32,000 bases of DNA, from NCBI RefSeq assembly GCF_047250365.1, contig NZ_JBLBVL010000001.1:337522-369521 (forward strand), given 5' to 3'. Source of the DNA: Thaumasiovibrio sp. DFM-14. Its GTDB lineage: Bacteria > Pseudomonadota > Gammaproteobacteria > Enterobacterales > Vibrionaceae. Below are positions 16,830 to 27,562 of the stretch, piece by piece. The notes beneath the pieces are model-generated. The model saw only the letters and a list, made by a program, of their open reading frames with translations. It did not search any database and had not been told where the DNA came from. The position numbers and the translations under genes were made by a program. Within the stretch, counting starts at the first letter, position 1. Each line of letters starts with the position of its first letter.

Positions 16830-18503
16830 TTATAACCCCAACGCTGTTAGCAATTCATCATCAAATGGCCAGTGCTGACTTTGATCATAATGATAAATAT
16901 CGGTGCGATACTGACGTGTTCCTTCCTCTTCATCGAACCACGCGGTTTGATAGATAGTCTCTACTGGAATATGTTTGGTTACTGGCACAAACTTGGTTGT
17001 TTTTCGTTGCTCGTACTTCTCAACCCGGGATGCAGAAACACCACTTCGATCCATCAGCCAATCGGCAAGATCTGCCGCTCCTTCTACGCGAATACAACCA
17101 GAACTAAATGCGCGCTGCGACTGCGTAAATAGGTTCTTCGCTGGCGTATCATGGAGGTATATCGCGTTATTATTCGGCATATTGAACTTGTAACGTCCCA
17201 GGGCATTATGGTCGCCAGGGCTTTGTCGCAAGCGGTAGGGGAAATGATGCACACTGATATTTTCCCAATTAATCATATCGGCAGGAATAACATCAGAGGA
17301 ACGCCAACTCACCAATATTTGATAGTTATTCTCATCCAAGTAATTATGGTTAGCTTTAACTTTCGGCAAAATATCCTTACGCATGATCGACGTAGGAACA
17401 TTCCAGGGCGGGTTAAATACGACAGTGTCTAACCGAGAGGTCAGTAACGGTGTTCGACGGGATGGTCGGCCGACAATAACTTTGCTTGAAAACTCAACTT
17501 GGTTTTCTTGCCATAACGTTAACTCATAATCTGGAATATTGACCACTAACATGCTGTCGCGTTGCGATGACCAAATACGCAAACGTTCCATGTTCAATGC
17601 CATTAAACGCACCCGCTCTTCCAATGGCGTATTTAGCCACGCCTTGGTGTTTGGCCCAATAATGCCATCAACTTTTAAGCCATGACGCGATTGAAAGCGC
17701 TCGACAGCCTCAACCATTTCGTTTGCATATACGCTTGGCACCTCCTGCAGCAGTGCCTCGCCAAGGTATTCCGGCATATCACCTAAAGCAATCAGTATCG
17801 CCACTAATGCTTGAGCATCATCCAGCGCCTCGCCTGGGCGAATTAATCCAGCCTGTTGGAACGTTGGCAGCGGTGCTTCTTCTAGCGCTTGTAGGGCTAG
17901 AATTGCTGCCAACATATTATCGTACGCCCGTCCGGCGGGTTTGTTTCCATCCAGCCAACTAAACAAGTAGTTTTCATTCACTGCATGCAACAACCTCGCA
18001 ATGGCGGCTGGTTCCGGCTCGAAGGTGCTAATCGGTACTCCAGCCCCAAATAACCACGCCTTGCCCTCATGAACGACATCTTGTTGGTAGCGTAAATAAG
18101 CCAACAGCAAATCGGTCGCCAGAACTTCATAACTTAACCAGTTCTGCTCTTGCTTTGTCTGCATTAGCAACCTTGCTCGCTCTTCAAACCAAGCGCTCAC
18201 GTCTGCTAATGCAATAATATTAATCTGCTGTTCTAGACTCACTCTTACTTGGTGATCATTCCAGAGCGGTTGAAATTGGCGCTGCTGATAAATTTTAGCC
18301 ACGAGCGTTGGATAGCGCAGCTCAACCCCTGCGGGTACCTGCTGTATAACGGCGGAATAGACGCTAGGATCCAATTCTTCAGCTAACACGATAGCGGCTG
18401 GGTTTGCATTACCAATAGAATCTGCATAGGCCAGCGCTAACGGCATGCTTAACGCCACCGCCAATCCGCATTGCACTACCACACCTATTTTTCTTACCCG
18501 CAT
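16830..18503 (-). CDS. ldtD: L,D-transpeptidase LdtD (YcbB) family
   Basis: 557 aa with a signal peptide. The PG-binding motif is RFQSRHGLKVDGIIGPNT, and the YkuD catalytic site is YLHDTP...SSGCIRV. The gene sits downstream of mukB, as in E. coli. Confidence 0.88.
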   Translation of the reverse strand: MRVRKIGVVVQCGLAVALSMPLALAYADSIGNANPAAIVLAEELDPSVYSAVIQQVPAGVELRYPTLVAKIYQQRQFQPLWNDHQVRVSLEQQINIIALADVSAWFEERARLLMQTKQEQNWLSYEVLATDLLLAYLRYQQDVVHEGKAWLFGAGVPISTFEPEPAAIARLLHAVNENYLFSWLDGNKPAGRAYDNMLAAILALQALEEAPLPTFQQAGLIRPGEALDDAQALVAILIALGDMPEYLGEALLQEVPSVYANEMVEAVERFQSRHGLKVDGIIGPNTKAWLNTPLEERVRLMALNMERLRIWSSQRDSMLVVNIPDYELTLWQENQVEFSSKVIVGRPSRRTPLLTSRLDTVVFNPPWNVPTSIMRKDILPKVKANHNYLDENNYQILVSWRSSDVIPADMINWENISVHHFPYRLRQSPGDHNALGRYKFNMPNNNAIYLHDTPAKNLFTQSQRAFSSGCIRVEGAADLADWLMDRSGVSASRVEKYEQRKTTKFVPVTKHIPVETIYQTAWFDEEEGTRQYRTDIYHYDQSQHWPFDDELLTALGL

Positions 18504-18877
18504 TCTAACACTCCAACCTCATGTTACAGAAAAGCGCATCCTACTCTCTACTGCTACATAACAAAAAGTACATCCTGTGACTTCGTCAACGGCATCAACA
18601 ACAAAATAGTGACATCGGCGTTGGCAATAAAACACTTCATCTCATCATTCAGGATAGCACTATTACCCGGTTCAGCATGGCTGATACCTGCCCGTCATCA
18701 TCTCATCGCTGTCATCATCTACTACCTCATATTCACTAAAGGCATAGTAACAACAAGGCAACTAAAAAGTTGATGCTTCATACAGTTAACGTCCACTTGG
18801 CGTACTTTAGCAATCTTTTTTCTAAGAACTGGATGCGTTTGCTCGAAATGCATACATTTTTATGCAGAAGAGAGAAC

Positions 18878-18908
18878 AAAGGCGCTCAATCATTGAGCGC
18901 CTTTGTTT
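18878..18908. terminator. Palindromic terminator downstream of the Sel1-repeat gene
   Basis: AAAGGCGCTCAAT-C-ATTGAGCGCCTTT, a 13-bp inverted repeat, followed by GTTTGG. Confidence 0.65.
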
Positions 18909-18930
18909 GGTGTCGGAAAATGCAATCGGT

Positions 18931-19719
18931 TTAGTTATCAATCCATACTTGCTTTTGCTTGTATGTTTCTAGACGTTTAGCAAAGCTCATTCTACGTGAT
19001 TGCGCCATATCATCGCTGCCCAATGAAGCTAACGCTTTTGATTGCGTATCAACAGCCATATCAAACTCACCACACGCGGCATAAGCAGCAGCAAGGTTGT
19101 CTAAATCTGATGCGTCAACTTCAGGTAATCTGACGATCAGTTGTTTGGCCAACTTTAATGCTTTTTCGCCATTACGTTGCTCAGGGTCAGGGCACGTTGC
19201 ATACAGCCACACAAGGTTACGTCTTGATAACAGTGAGCCTTGCTCTGCCGCTGTTCTATACCAGCTAATCGCATCAACGCAGTTTTGCTCTGTTTCAACT
19301 TGACCTGTGGCATAAAACGCAGCGACCGCTTCCATTGCTTCAATGTCACCACTATTCGCCGCTTTCATATACCACGTAAATGCTTGCTCTTTATCTTTGG
19401 GAAAACCAATACCACGCTGAAATAGACCACCCAACATCTTCTGCACTTGCGGATCACCATTGGCTGCCATTTCTAACCAGTAAATGGCTTTTAGCAGATC
19501 TTGCTCTACCCCCTGCTCTCCAAACAGATACGCATTTCCCAAAAATAACTGTAACTGCTGATCCCCTTCTTGCGCTTCTAGCTCAACAAGCTCTAACGTG
19601 GCGGCAAGGTGGCTACTTGGCTCAGTCGTATTAGAGGCAACGCTGGTGAAGGAGAAACCGAAAGCGAACATGGAAAGAAGAGCGAACTTAAAGAAGATGT
19701 TAGACGTAAATTGCTGCAT
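18931..19719 (-). CDS. Secreted Sel1-like repeat (SLR/TPR-family) protein
   Basis: The start was set at ATG 19719 (MQQFTSNIFFKFALLSMFAFGFSFTSVASN, a signal peptide). Repeated A-x-x-W-Y/L-x-x-A-A-x-x-G units are present (AIYWLEMAANGD, AFTWYMKAANSGD, AISWYRTAAEQGS). Confidence 0.75.
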   Translation of the reverse strand: MQQFTSNIFFKFALLSMFAFGFSFTSVASNTTEPSSHLAATLELVELEAQEGDQQLQLFLGNAYLFGEQGVEQDLLKAIYWLEMAANGDPQVQKMLGGLFQRGIGFPKDKEQAFTWYMKAANSGDIEAMEAVAAFYATGQVETEQNCVDAISWYRTAAEQGSLLSRRNLVWLYATCPDPEQRNGEKALKLAKQLIVRLPEVDASDLDNLAAAYAACGEFDMAVDTQSKALASLGSDDMAQSRRMSFAKRLETYKQKQVWIDN

Positions 19720-19901
19720 GTTTGCTTGCCTCTTGAACTTATTGACAGGCCAAACGATAAAGAGGAAGCGGTCAAAAATCAACCACTTCCTCTATAGAAT
19801 TTTATGCTAAATGATCTAACGTCATCCGAAACAATTGGTTACAAACATCGCTAATCGCTGAATTTGTGATCTTTGCAGCATTTGCTCTTCGACATTCAGG
19901 C

Positions 19902-20861
19902 TCACTCTGTAAAATCGAACACTTTTTCCTGTGTTGCTAGCAACTCAATTTCAGCCACCTGCTCTGATGGGTTAGCAATAATAATCTCATCATACTGAAT
20001 TGGATTATCCACCGTTGCACTGCATGTAAATGCCACGGTGTAATCACCCGCTGGAATAAAGCCAAAGAAGTAGTTACCATCATCCATCACGCCTGTTGAT
20101 GCGTAAGGCGCAACGTAATCAAGTGGCAACTCAATTTCATCACGATAATCTGGATCCGTAATATCAATATTGTCGATCAAAACACTGTCTTGATGACCGT
20201 GACCTGCATATAAATAGACAAAATTACCCGTCTCTGCCAGGCATCCATCTCCAGCACCCAACAAGTTAACATCAACATGACCCTTCAACGAGGCTGCTGC
20301 GCTGTTATCAACGATTTTGACACCGTGTGGTTTCAAGTTATAGCCATTGTTGTTGCCATTATTGCCACGTAAGACTAGTGACTGACGTAAATCAAACTCA
20401 ATGGTAAAACTTTGCACGGTCTCGGTTGTGACCTCAAAACCACCTAGTTTCAACTTATTAGATGGGATCTTTAGATCAAATTCGCCTTCATCTTCCGTTA
20501 ATACCCAATTGAGGTCTTGTTGTGCCTTCGTATGAATAATCAGCTCTTTATAAGTACCAATTGGGAGCCTTTGATCGGTAAGAATTAACGCCTCTTCACT
20601 ACCAGGGTATTTTAATAGGTCGATTTGCTGATAATCATCACCAGCGACATTTTCATCCACACTAATAAAAAAGCGCTGACCATCTTCATGGCGCAACTCT
20701 AACGCATCAAAAGCAACAACCACTTCTGTCGCTGAATCAACTGGGGCATCCGATACGCTAAATGAAACTTGAGCAGTAGCCATTGTAGGGTCATCTGAAC
20801 CACCACAAGCAGCCAGTAAGAAAGGAGTCAGAATAACAGCTACGGAACCAATACGACGCAT
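19902..20861 (-). CDS. Lipoprotein, DUF4382-like beta-rich protein
   Basis: The lipobox is FLLAAC|GGSDD. SVSDAPVD...VVVAFDALEL...IDLLKY...LPIGTYKELIIH...LKIPSNKLKLG matches my recollection of the DUF4382 pattern (unverified). Confidence 0.65.
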   Translation of the reverse strand: MRRIGSVAVILTPFLLAACGGSDDPTMATAQVSFSVSDAPVDSATEVVVAFDALELRHEDGQRFFISVDENVAGDDYQQIDLLKYPGSEEALILTDQRLPIGTYKELIIHTKAQQDLNWVLTEDEGEFDLKIPSNKLKLGGFEVTTETVQSFTIEFDLRQSLVLRGNNGNNNGYNLKPHGVKIVDNSAAASLKGHVDVNLLGAGDGCLAETGNFVYLYAGHGHQDSVLIDNIDITDPDYRDEIELPLDYVAPYASTGVMDDGNYFFGFIPAGDYTVAFTCSATVDNPIQYDEIIIANPSEQVAEIELLATQEKVFDFTE

Positions 20862-20992
20862 AGAAGTTCTCTCTAATTAAGTAAAAGAATATGCTGGTAA
20901 CTATCGACCATTACTCTCTATATTTCTAGCCAAGAAACCCTTATTGACACAACTATTACATTGTCGCGCTTTTTAAGCATGCCTTAAAGGAA

Positions 20993-21033
20993 GGCAAAAC
21001 GCCCAACTAACTGCATAATTTGTTAGTTGGGCG
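20993..21033 (-). terminator. mukB operon rho-independent terminator
   Basis: The minus strand reads CGCCCAACTAAC-(10 nt)-GTTAGTTGGGCG, followed by TTTTGCC. The 12-bp stem starts 23 nt after the mukB stop. Confidence 0.85.
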
Positions 21034-21055
21034 TCATTTGATTCACTTATATTAC

Positions 21056-24000
21056 TTAACTAAAATCAATGCTTAATGTTTCAGTGTTACCCGTCACATC
21101 CTCTTGTTTTAATGCTGTATTTTCAAGTGGTGGTGCCATTGTTTGCTGCCCAAAGCCTTTTAAACCCACAACATGCACATGTTCACGACCATTAAATATT
21201 TTTCGCACTAATTTGTAGGTCGTTCCCTTCTCCGGTGAAATATTTTCTGGTGCCGCGATTAATAGTTGCATATCAAGTCGATCGCATAATTCAAATAGCG
21301 TAGCAATGGATTTCGCATCTAAACGTGCCGCTTCATCAAGAAACAGTAAACGACAAGGAATAATGTCCTTGCCGCGTAAACGTCGAGATTCTTCTTCCCA
21401 GCTTTGAATCACCATCAATAGAATGGATTGCCCAGTACCAATTGCCTCACCAGTTGATAACGCACCAGATTCAGCTTGAAGCCATCCATCGCTACCGCGA
21501 TTCACTTCTACCCCTAATTCAAGGTAGTTGCGGTAATCAAGCAGCTCTTCTCCCAATATTTGCGGTGAGCGCTGTCCTACATCAATATGTGGATTTAGAC
21601 GCTGGAATAACTTCGCCATCGCCTCTGAAAAACTCAAGCGCTGATTACCAAACAAATCTTGATGCTGCTCTTGCTGCTCAGCCAATCCTGCCAGCAACAA
21701 ATCATGCGATTCCCTAATTTTAACCGTCAGCCTAACGCCTTTAACCTGTCCAAACGCAATGTTCTGCAGCCCTTGATTCAACATCCGTATACGGTTTTGC
21801 TCGCGGACAATGGTTTTGCGAATAATGCTAGCCACTGACTCAGAGCTAATAGCCAAACGATGTTCGCGTTGAGTGAGCTCTTCCGTCAGACGAGCCAGTT
21901 CGACTTCCATCTCTTCAATGGCTTCAACAGGGTCATCGGTACGAATAATATCATGACGAATACGATCTCGAAGATGCTGATAGACAGCGATATAGAACAG
22001 CACCTTACGCTCTGGGCGCGAGGCATCTTCAGATTGTCGTAAGCTATCTCGTAATTCATCGTTATCGGCGACAGCTAGGCGCAACGCACCCAAAGCTTTA
22101 TCAGAGAGCGATCGCAGCTCGCCACTGCTCTTATATGCCATTTCTCGGCGTTGTAAGCGCCGCTCTACGTCATGCTCTCGCGCTAGGTGCATAACATCGC
22201 CCCACCCCGCCTTCGCATTGACCACCAGCTTACGTAACTCTCTGTATTCACGCTGTTGCTTGCGCAGGCGCTTTAGCACGCCTTTATGTTCTATCTCTGT
22301 CGCTAATAGGCTCTTTTCTAACTCTCGGCAACGAGTTCTATTGCTTTGTAGTTGTTGATGCAAGTCATCGCGGCGTAAACGGGTTCGCTCTTCTGCTTCA
22401 GCATCGGCATGGACACCTAAATCTTGAAGCTCTCGAACAAACTCTTGCACTGTCTCATTCTTGGCTTGATGGGCACTCTTTAACGAAGCCAGCAATTGAT
22501 TATATTGACTATTCTGTCCTTGAACGAGTTTTAGCTGGTCGCGATTGCGCTGCCGCGTTTGTTCCGCGATATCTAGCTTACGCTTTAACTCATCATTAAG
22601 TTCGCTACTTTTGCCCAATAGTTGCACGGCATCGGCATACGCAAAATAGGCTTTGCGCTCGAGCAGGTCTTCACATGCGAAGAGTTTCGCTTTTAGCTGT
22701 TGCAGTGCACTGTCTTGGTCTGAACACTGCTGAGCCAATTGATCAAACTGCTCTGGATCAGCATCCAGTGCATGCAGGTGTTGCTCTAATTGCGTTAACG
22801 TCTCTCCATGTTGGCGAAGAAAAGACGCAGCGTCGTTAAGTTGTTGCAACTGCACTTCTAATGCTTGGAGCTGCTCGGTGAGTGACGCGTTACCAATCAG
22901 ATCAACATGAGGTTGTAACTTAGATAACAGACCAATGGCATCACGGCTTTGACTTACCTGGCTACGCTGCTGTGCTTCTGTGTTCTCCAGTTCTGACAGT
23001 TGACGAGTCAGCTGATTGCGCTTATCACGATTGGTTACAATCAGTTGTTCTGGATCCGCATCGAACGCAATAGCCAAATGACGACCAACAAAACGGTTAA
23101 AGCTCTGATAGAGGCGCTGTAATTTTTGTGAATCAAACGCCGCTTTGGCATGGGATTCAATCAATGCTTCCCGCTGCTGTCGGAGTTGCTCTAAGCGTTG
23201 TTCGCGCGCAGCACGCCCGAATAAAGGAACCTTAGGAAAACGTGAATAACGCAGTTGACGATCGTTAAGCTGGACGCATACCGCATCAGCCAGTTCAGCT
23301 GCATCAAAAACGTTGTCATCAAAAGCATCTGCGTCACCTTCAATAATATAAAGGTCGTCTGGGCAGGCATCCAAACGCGCCAGCTTTTCTTTTACTTCGC
23401 TAAGATCAGGTACAACGATAGCATGACGAGCAGGACCATACATGGCACTGAAAAACGGCGCATCATCTAAAGTAATATCATCATAAATCTCGGATAACAG
23501 TATACCGCCTAGTGCATCAGCCAGCCCTCGCAACTGATTATCGTCACTACCACCGGGTTGCGACAAGTTTTCAATTTGCTTCTCTAGTGCCTGCTTTTGT
23601 TGCCCCAGAGCATCGCGCTGTGCAGAAATATCACGCTCACGATTCAACGTATTTTGCATCGCTTCCATCACTGCATCACTATGAGGCAATGTCTGTTCAT
23701 ATTGCGACTGCAACAACTCAAGCGCTTCGTTGGCCTCAATCCAAGCCGGTGCTTGAGCGGCTAATTGCTGATGACGTTCTTCTACTGAGCGCAGTTCTCG
23801 CTTCACTTCACTGCGTCTATCTGCCGCACTATCTAGTGCCTCAGTGAGAAATTCCAACTTAGAATGATGCGACTCAAGTTCACTCTCTACCTGTGTTGCA
23901 GCAGAGATTAGATAACCATGGCGCTGTTGATACTGGTTTATCCACTGCTTAACCGCGTGCTGGGTATCAACTTGCTTGGCGATATTTTCATGTTGGCGTT

Positions 24001-25552
24001 TTAACAGATCGCTTCGCTCTGTTAGCAGACGCATTTCACGCCCTTGCTGCAAGAGTTCACGGGCTTTCTCTGCCGCATCCTGACGGGGAACATCTCCACA
24101 GACAGAGCGAACCAAAGCTAACCCATTATCAAACTGATGCATCGCAGCTTGAGATAGATCTAAACGGTGCTTAATCGCCAGCAGTGACTGGGTTAACTCC
24201 ACCTCGTTATGCTTTAGCTCACCCACTAGGGTTTGCGCATTTTCCGCCGCCAAATTAGGTGAGTCACACAATTGTCTCACCTTCTCTAGCGCCTGAACGG
24301 CTTGTTGATATTGAAGCGCTCTTGTCTGCTGCACATCAAGTGCTTGTTGATAATCAGCCAACTGTGACTTAAGGCTATCCACCTCCTCTTCACTATGCAG
24401 GGCAGACTCTTCAGCCAACGCTAACTGTTCTGAGGCCTCTTCGACCACCATCATTTGCTCTTCTAGTCGTTCACTGAGCTCTAGAAGGTCTTCATTGTAA
24501 CGGGTAATTTTCTCTTGTTGACGAACCGCTGTCTGTACCAATTGCAAATGATCCGAGGCTGCTTGGTGATCAACCTCCAAATGTTGCTCGCTCTCTTTGA
24601 GCTGACCTAGTTCGACCTGCATCTGACTAACGGCATGCAGTTGGCTAGACATGCTATGCTGCAAGTGTTGCAACTCGGCACGTAGTTGCAGTGTCGATTC
24701 CACTTTTAAACGGCGTTCATTAACATGCCGCATGTAATCAGCCGCGACGTATGTGGTCGCTTCCGAGATAAGGTGCTTAAACAGATCACGGTCATTTTGC
24801 GTTACCTTGATGGCCTCGAGCGTCATGCGGTTCTCACGCAACGCGGCTTCCATATCTTGGAACGCTTTTTTCACGCCACCATTTTGTGGCAATAAATAGT
24901 CACGTAATGACTTGGTTATTGCACTAGAAATACCGCCATAGAGTGAGGCCTCAATCAAACGGTAGAACTTGGAACGATCGGAAGTATTGCGCAATTTTTT
25001 CGGTAAAACACCAAACTCGAACATAAAGTTATGAAACTCAACCACCGAGCTAAACGCCTTAAACTGCACCGTTTCATGCTCTAAGCAGACTTGCTTCACT
25101 TCATTGAGTTGACGAACACGCGCTTCTGTATCTGAAATCGACTCCATTAGGACATCGGTGGGTTTTACGCTTGAAGGCAGGCCCTGAATAATAAATGGTT
25201 TTATATCGACTTTCTTATCTCGCCCAGCGACCTGTTGCAGTTTAACGCCAAACAATGTCCGCTGTTTTTTCGAGTTAATCACATCCAATGCCGAATAGCA
25301 CACCCCCGGCTTTAGTTTTCCATGTAACCCTTTATCGCGAGACGCTGTCGAACTTCCGGCTTCTGTGGTATTGCGAAAGTGCAGTAAAGATTGGTCAGGG
25401 ATCAGCGTTGTAATAAATGCTGCCATGGTGGTGGATTTACCCGCCCCATTTCCGCCTGATAGTGTTGTGACTAAATCATCAATATCAAAGGTACGCGCAA
25501 AAAAACCGTTCCAGTTGATCATCGTTAGTGACTGATACTTACCGCGTTCCAT
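21056..25552 (-). CDS. mukB: Chromosome partition / condensin protein MukB
   Basis: 1498 aa with the Walker A motif GGNGAGKST at the N-terminus, long coiled-coil arms, and a C-terminal head with LLFLDEAARLD. Its start overlaps the mukE stop (TAATG). Confidence 0.97.
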   Translation of the reverse strand: MERGKYQSLTMINWNGFFARTFDIDDLVTTLSGGNGAGKSTTMAAFITTLIPDQSLLHFRNTTEAGSSTASRDKGLHGKLKPGVCYSALDVINSKKQRTLFGVKLQQVAGRDKKVDIKPFIIQGLPSSVKPTDVLMESISDTEARVRQLNEVKQVCLEHETVQFKAFSSVVEFHNFMFEFGVLPKKLRNTSDRSKFYRLIEASLYGGISSAITKSLRDYLLPQNGGVKKAFQDMEAALRENRMTLEAIKVTQNDRDLFKHLISEATTYVAADYMRHVNERRLKVESTLQLRAELQHLQHSMSSQLHAVSQMQVELGQLKESEQHLEVDHQAASDHLQLVQTAVRQQEKITRYNEDLLELSERLEEQMMVVEEASEQLALAEESALHSEEEVDSLKSQLADYQQALDVQQTRALQYQQAVQALEKVRQLCDSPNLAAENAQTLVGELKHNEVELTQSLLAIKHRLDLSQAAMHQFDNGLALVRSVCGDVPRQDAAEKARELLQQGREMRLLTERSDLLKRQHENIAKQVDTQHAVKQWINQYQQRHGYLISAATQVESELESHHSKLEFLTEALDSAADRRSEVKRELRSVEERHQQLAAQAPAWIEANEALELLQSQYEQTLPHSDAVMEAMQNTLNRERDISAQRDALGQQKQALEKQIENLSQPGGSDDNQLRGLADALGGILLSEIYDDITLDDAPFFSAMYGPARHAIVVPDLSEVKEKLARLDACPDDLYIIEGDADAFDDNVFDAAELADAVCVQLNDRQLRYSRFPKVPLFGRAAREQRLEQLRQQREALIESHAKAAFDSQKLQRLYQSFNRFVGRHLAIAFDADPEQLIVTNRDKRNQLTRQLSELENTEAQQRSQVSQSRDAIGLLSKLQPHVDLIGNASLTEQLQALEVQLQQLNDAASFLRQHGETLTQLEQHLHALDADPEQFDQLAQQCSDQDSALQQLKAKLFACEDLLERKAYFAYADAVQLLGKSSELNDELKRKLDIAEQTRQRNRDQLKLVQGQNSQYNQLLASLKSAHQAKNETVQEFVRELQDLGVHADAEAEERTRLRRDDLHQQLQSNRTRCRELEKSLLATEIEHKGVLKRLRKQQREYRELRKLVVNAKAGWGDVMHLAREHDVERRLQRREMAYKSSGELRSLSDKALGALRLAVADNDELRDSLRQSEDASRPERKVLFYIAVYQHLRDRIRHDIIRTDDPVEAIEEMEVELARLTEELTQREHRLAISSESVASIIRKTIVREQNRIRMLNQGLQNIAFGQVKGVRLTVKIRESHDLLLAGLAEQQEQHQDLFGNQRLSFSEAMAKLFQRLNPHIDVGQRSPQILGEELLDYRNYLELGVEVNRGSDGWLQAESGALSTGEAIGTGQSILLMVIQSWEEESRRLRGKDIIPCRLLFLDEAARLDAKSIATLFELCDRLDMQLLIAAPENISPEKGTTYKLVRKIFNGREHVHVVGLKGFGQQTMAPPLENTALKQEDVTGNTETLSIDFS

Positions 25553-26259
25553 TACAGTTCACCCTCATCTAGCATACCCTGTTGTTCTTCCGTCGCAGGC
25601 TCATCCTGTTCATGGTTCGACTGCAACGCGACAGCTTCACCATCTCGGATCAAGCGCAATTGTGCCTCTTTAATGTCATCACTGGTTCGTACATCAGCAC
25701 CAAAGCGAAAAACAGCTTCACTAATCCGAAATTTGCCTTCTTCACCAACATTCAAAATCATTCCCAATCGTCGTAGTCGTCGCAGTGAGGTTCTCACTTT
25801 TTCTTGCAGCTTGACACGGTCCAAATCTGAGCCCGTCGCACGATGGGTGACCAAACGAAGAAGCTTTTTCTCATCCGCTAAAGCGATCAGCTCTTCAAAC
25901 AGATCGTGATGAGTAAATATTCCCTCATGAGCGAGTCGCTCTGGACTTAAGTATAGAAAACACAATACTTTACCCACCAGCATATCTAGCTCTGAGAGAA
26001 CACTGCGGCTAATTAATGACGTTGAGCGTGGGCGCAGATAAAAGAAGCTTTCTGGCGCTCTAACTAGCTCGGCATTATAACGCAAATAAAATTGTGCTAA
26101 TTCGTTCTCAAACTCATGCAGGTATGCATGATTATCTAAATCATCAGAACCGATATGACGGCCTGAACGTAATAGGTTATCGAGCGCTGGGAAAAGAGGA
26201 TTAGCGATCGCTTTTGCCAACTGTTGTGGCATAAATTCTTCAATATTTGTCAATGACAT
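25552..26259 (-). CDS. mukE: Condensin subunit MukE
   Basis: The start was set at ATG 26259 ([27 protein letters not shown]), which matches the E. coli MukE N-terminus. It overlaps the mukF 3' end by 20 nt. The track start at 26316 adds 19 residues. Confidence 0.93.
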   Translation of the reverse strand: MSLTNIEEFMPQQLAKAIANPLFPALDNLLRSGRHIGSDDLDNHAYLHEFENELAQFYLRYNAELVRAPESFFYLRPRSTSLISRSVLSELDMLVGKVLCFLYLSPERLAHEGIFTHHDLFEELIALADEKKLLRLVTHRATGSDLDRVKLQEKVRTSLRRLRRLGMILNVGEEGKFRISEAVFRFGADVRTSDDIKEAQLRLIRDGEAVALQSNHEQDEPATEEQQGMLDEGEL

Positions 26260-27562
26260 TCGCTTGTACCTTTGCTCCAAAGTCATTAATGTCTTGCCAA
26301 TCTGGCTGTACAGCATTTAAATCTGCTTCCGAATAACCCAAACGGACGGCTTGGTCGATAACCAACCGTGCTAAATCAAAATGTTGAGCTTCAGGGTGCG
26401 CACTTAAGTACTGCTTTAGTAACAGCCCTAAATTAATGGCTTTTGCGGTCTCTTTGTAATGGGCAAGTTGTTCTGCAATTTGCTCGGCCAATTGGTCGGT
26501 GACCTGCGTCAATTGTTCAAACTCTAACGTCTCTGGCGCCATACCCGTCACTTCGTCGTCTTTCAAAACCATCGATTCATCGCGCATATCAAGCAGACGA
26601 TCGGCACTGGAAAACGTTAGCGTCCACGGCGCGTCAAAATAGTCAGTCACCGACTGACGCAGTCGCTGACTAAAGGCACGGTTTTTATCCATATCTATCG
26701 CGGTTCGGATAAATTTATGCACATGGCGATCATAACCAATCCAAAGATCGATGGCTTGCTGACCCCAGTTAACGATCCTATCTAACTTAGATTGCAAGTT
26801 ATAAACCATCTCGGTTACAAAATTCAGTTCATCGTTATAGAGGGTGTACTCTAGAATATCCAATAGCTGACTTTGTAACTCATCTCCAGCCGCTTGCAAG
26901 GTATCTTGCAGCTCTTGCAACGTATTGGACGTTTCATTAAGTAAATGTTCACAGTTTGCTATCGCTGCTTGCCAATCCTGATTAAGCAACTCAGCGATAC
27001 TCTCTTTAACGTGCTGTTGCTGCTCGTCCATGGTGCGTTGATTCAAATCGATGCGATCGAAAATGTCAGCAACCGAATACTTTAAAACGGCATAGACATT
27101 CTTGCGCCAATGATCAGCATTGCCTTGTTGTTGTGCTGCTTGCTTAGCCTTGTCAATCTCATCGGCAACCATTGCAAGTTGAATAGATAATTTCAGGGTC
27201 GAGTATTCTTTATGTCGGGCATAATAGTCTGCAATACCGACCGCAAGCGGTGACAAACGGTAAATATTTGCCCCATCCGTCAGTTCACTGGTAAAACGCA
27301 TAACCAAACGCTGCTTAACCAGCTCGTTAATCGCGTTATTTGCCCGCGTCGTTAATGTCTCTTCATATTGACCAAATTGGTCACTGACAATACGAAACGC
27401 GTCAACCAGTTCTCCCTCTTGCAACTCATCATCAATACGCTCTTGGCTTAATATGGCAATGGCCAATAAAAACGCCAGACGCTCGACTGGAAGTTGAATA
27501 CTGAGATCTTGCTGTTTTACCCAGTTAACCAATTCAGGCACAGTCTGGGATTGTTCACTCAT
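26240..27562 (-). CDS. mukF: Condensin kleisin subunit MukF
   Basis: 440 aa, positioned between cmoM and mukE. There is an ATGA start/stop overlap with cmoM. Confidence 0.93.
   Translation of the reverse strand: MSEQSQTVPELVNWVKQQDLSIQLPVERLAFLLAIAILSQERIDDELQEGELVDAFRIVSDQFGQYEETLTTRANNAINELVKQRLVMRFTSELTDGANIYRLSPLAVGIADYYARHKEYSTLKLSIQLAMVADEIDKAKQAAQQQGNADHWRKNVYAVLKYSVADIFDRIDLNQRTMDEQQQHVKESIAELLNQDWQAAIANCEHLLNETSNTLQELQDTLQAAGDELQSQLLDILEYTLYNDELNFVTEMVYNLQSKLDRIVNWGQQAIDLWIGYDRHVHKFIRTAIDMDKNRAFSQRLRQSVTDYFDAPWTLTFSSADRLLDMRDESMVLKDDEVTGMAPETLEFEQLTQVTDQLAEQIAEQLAHYKETAKAINLGLLLKQYLSAHPEAQHFDLARLVIDQAVRLGYSEADLNAVQPDWQDINDFGAKVQANVIDKY

Noticed and set aside
18471-18773. A 100-aa plus-strand ORF in the ldtD upstream region.
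   Set aside because: It begins inside ldtD, has an odd composition (runs of T/S/I/H), no RBS and no recognisable motif. The region is more likely the ldtD promoter/leader.
21442-23847. Plus-strand ORFs inside mukB (21442-21717, 21860-22042, 23255-23470, 23512-23847). Similar antisense ORFs lie inside bioF, bioB, bioC, bioA, aspC, ldtD, the Sel1 gene, cmoM and others.
   Set aside because: They are fully embedded antisense or out-of-frame within strongly supported conserved genes. They have low-complexity or biased composition and no RBS or family signal.
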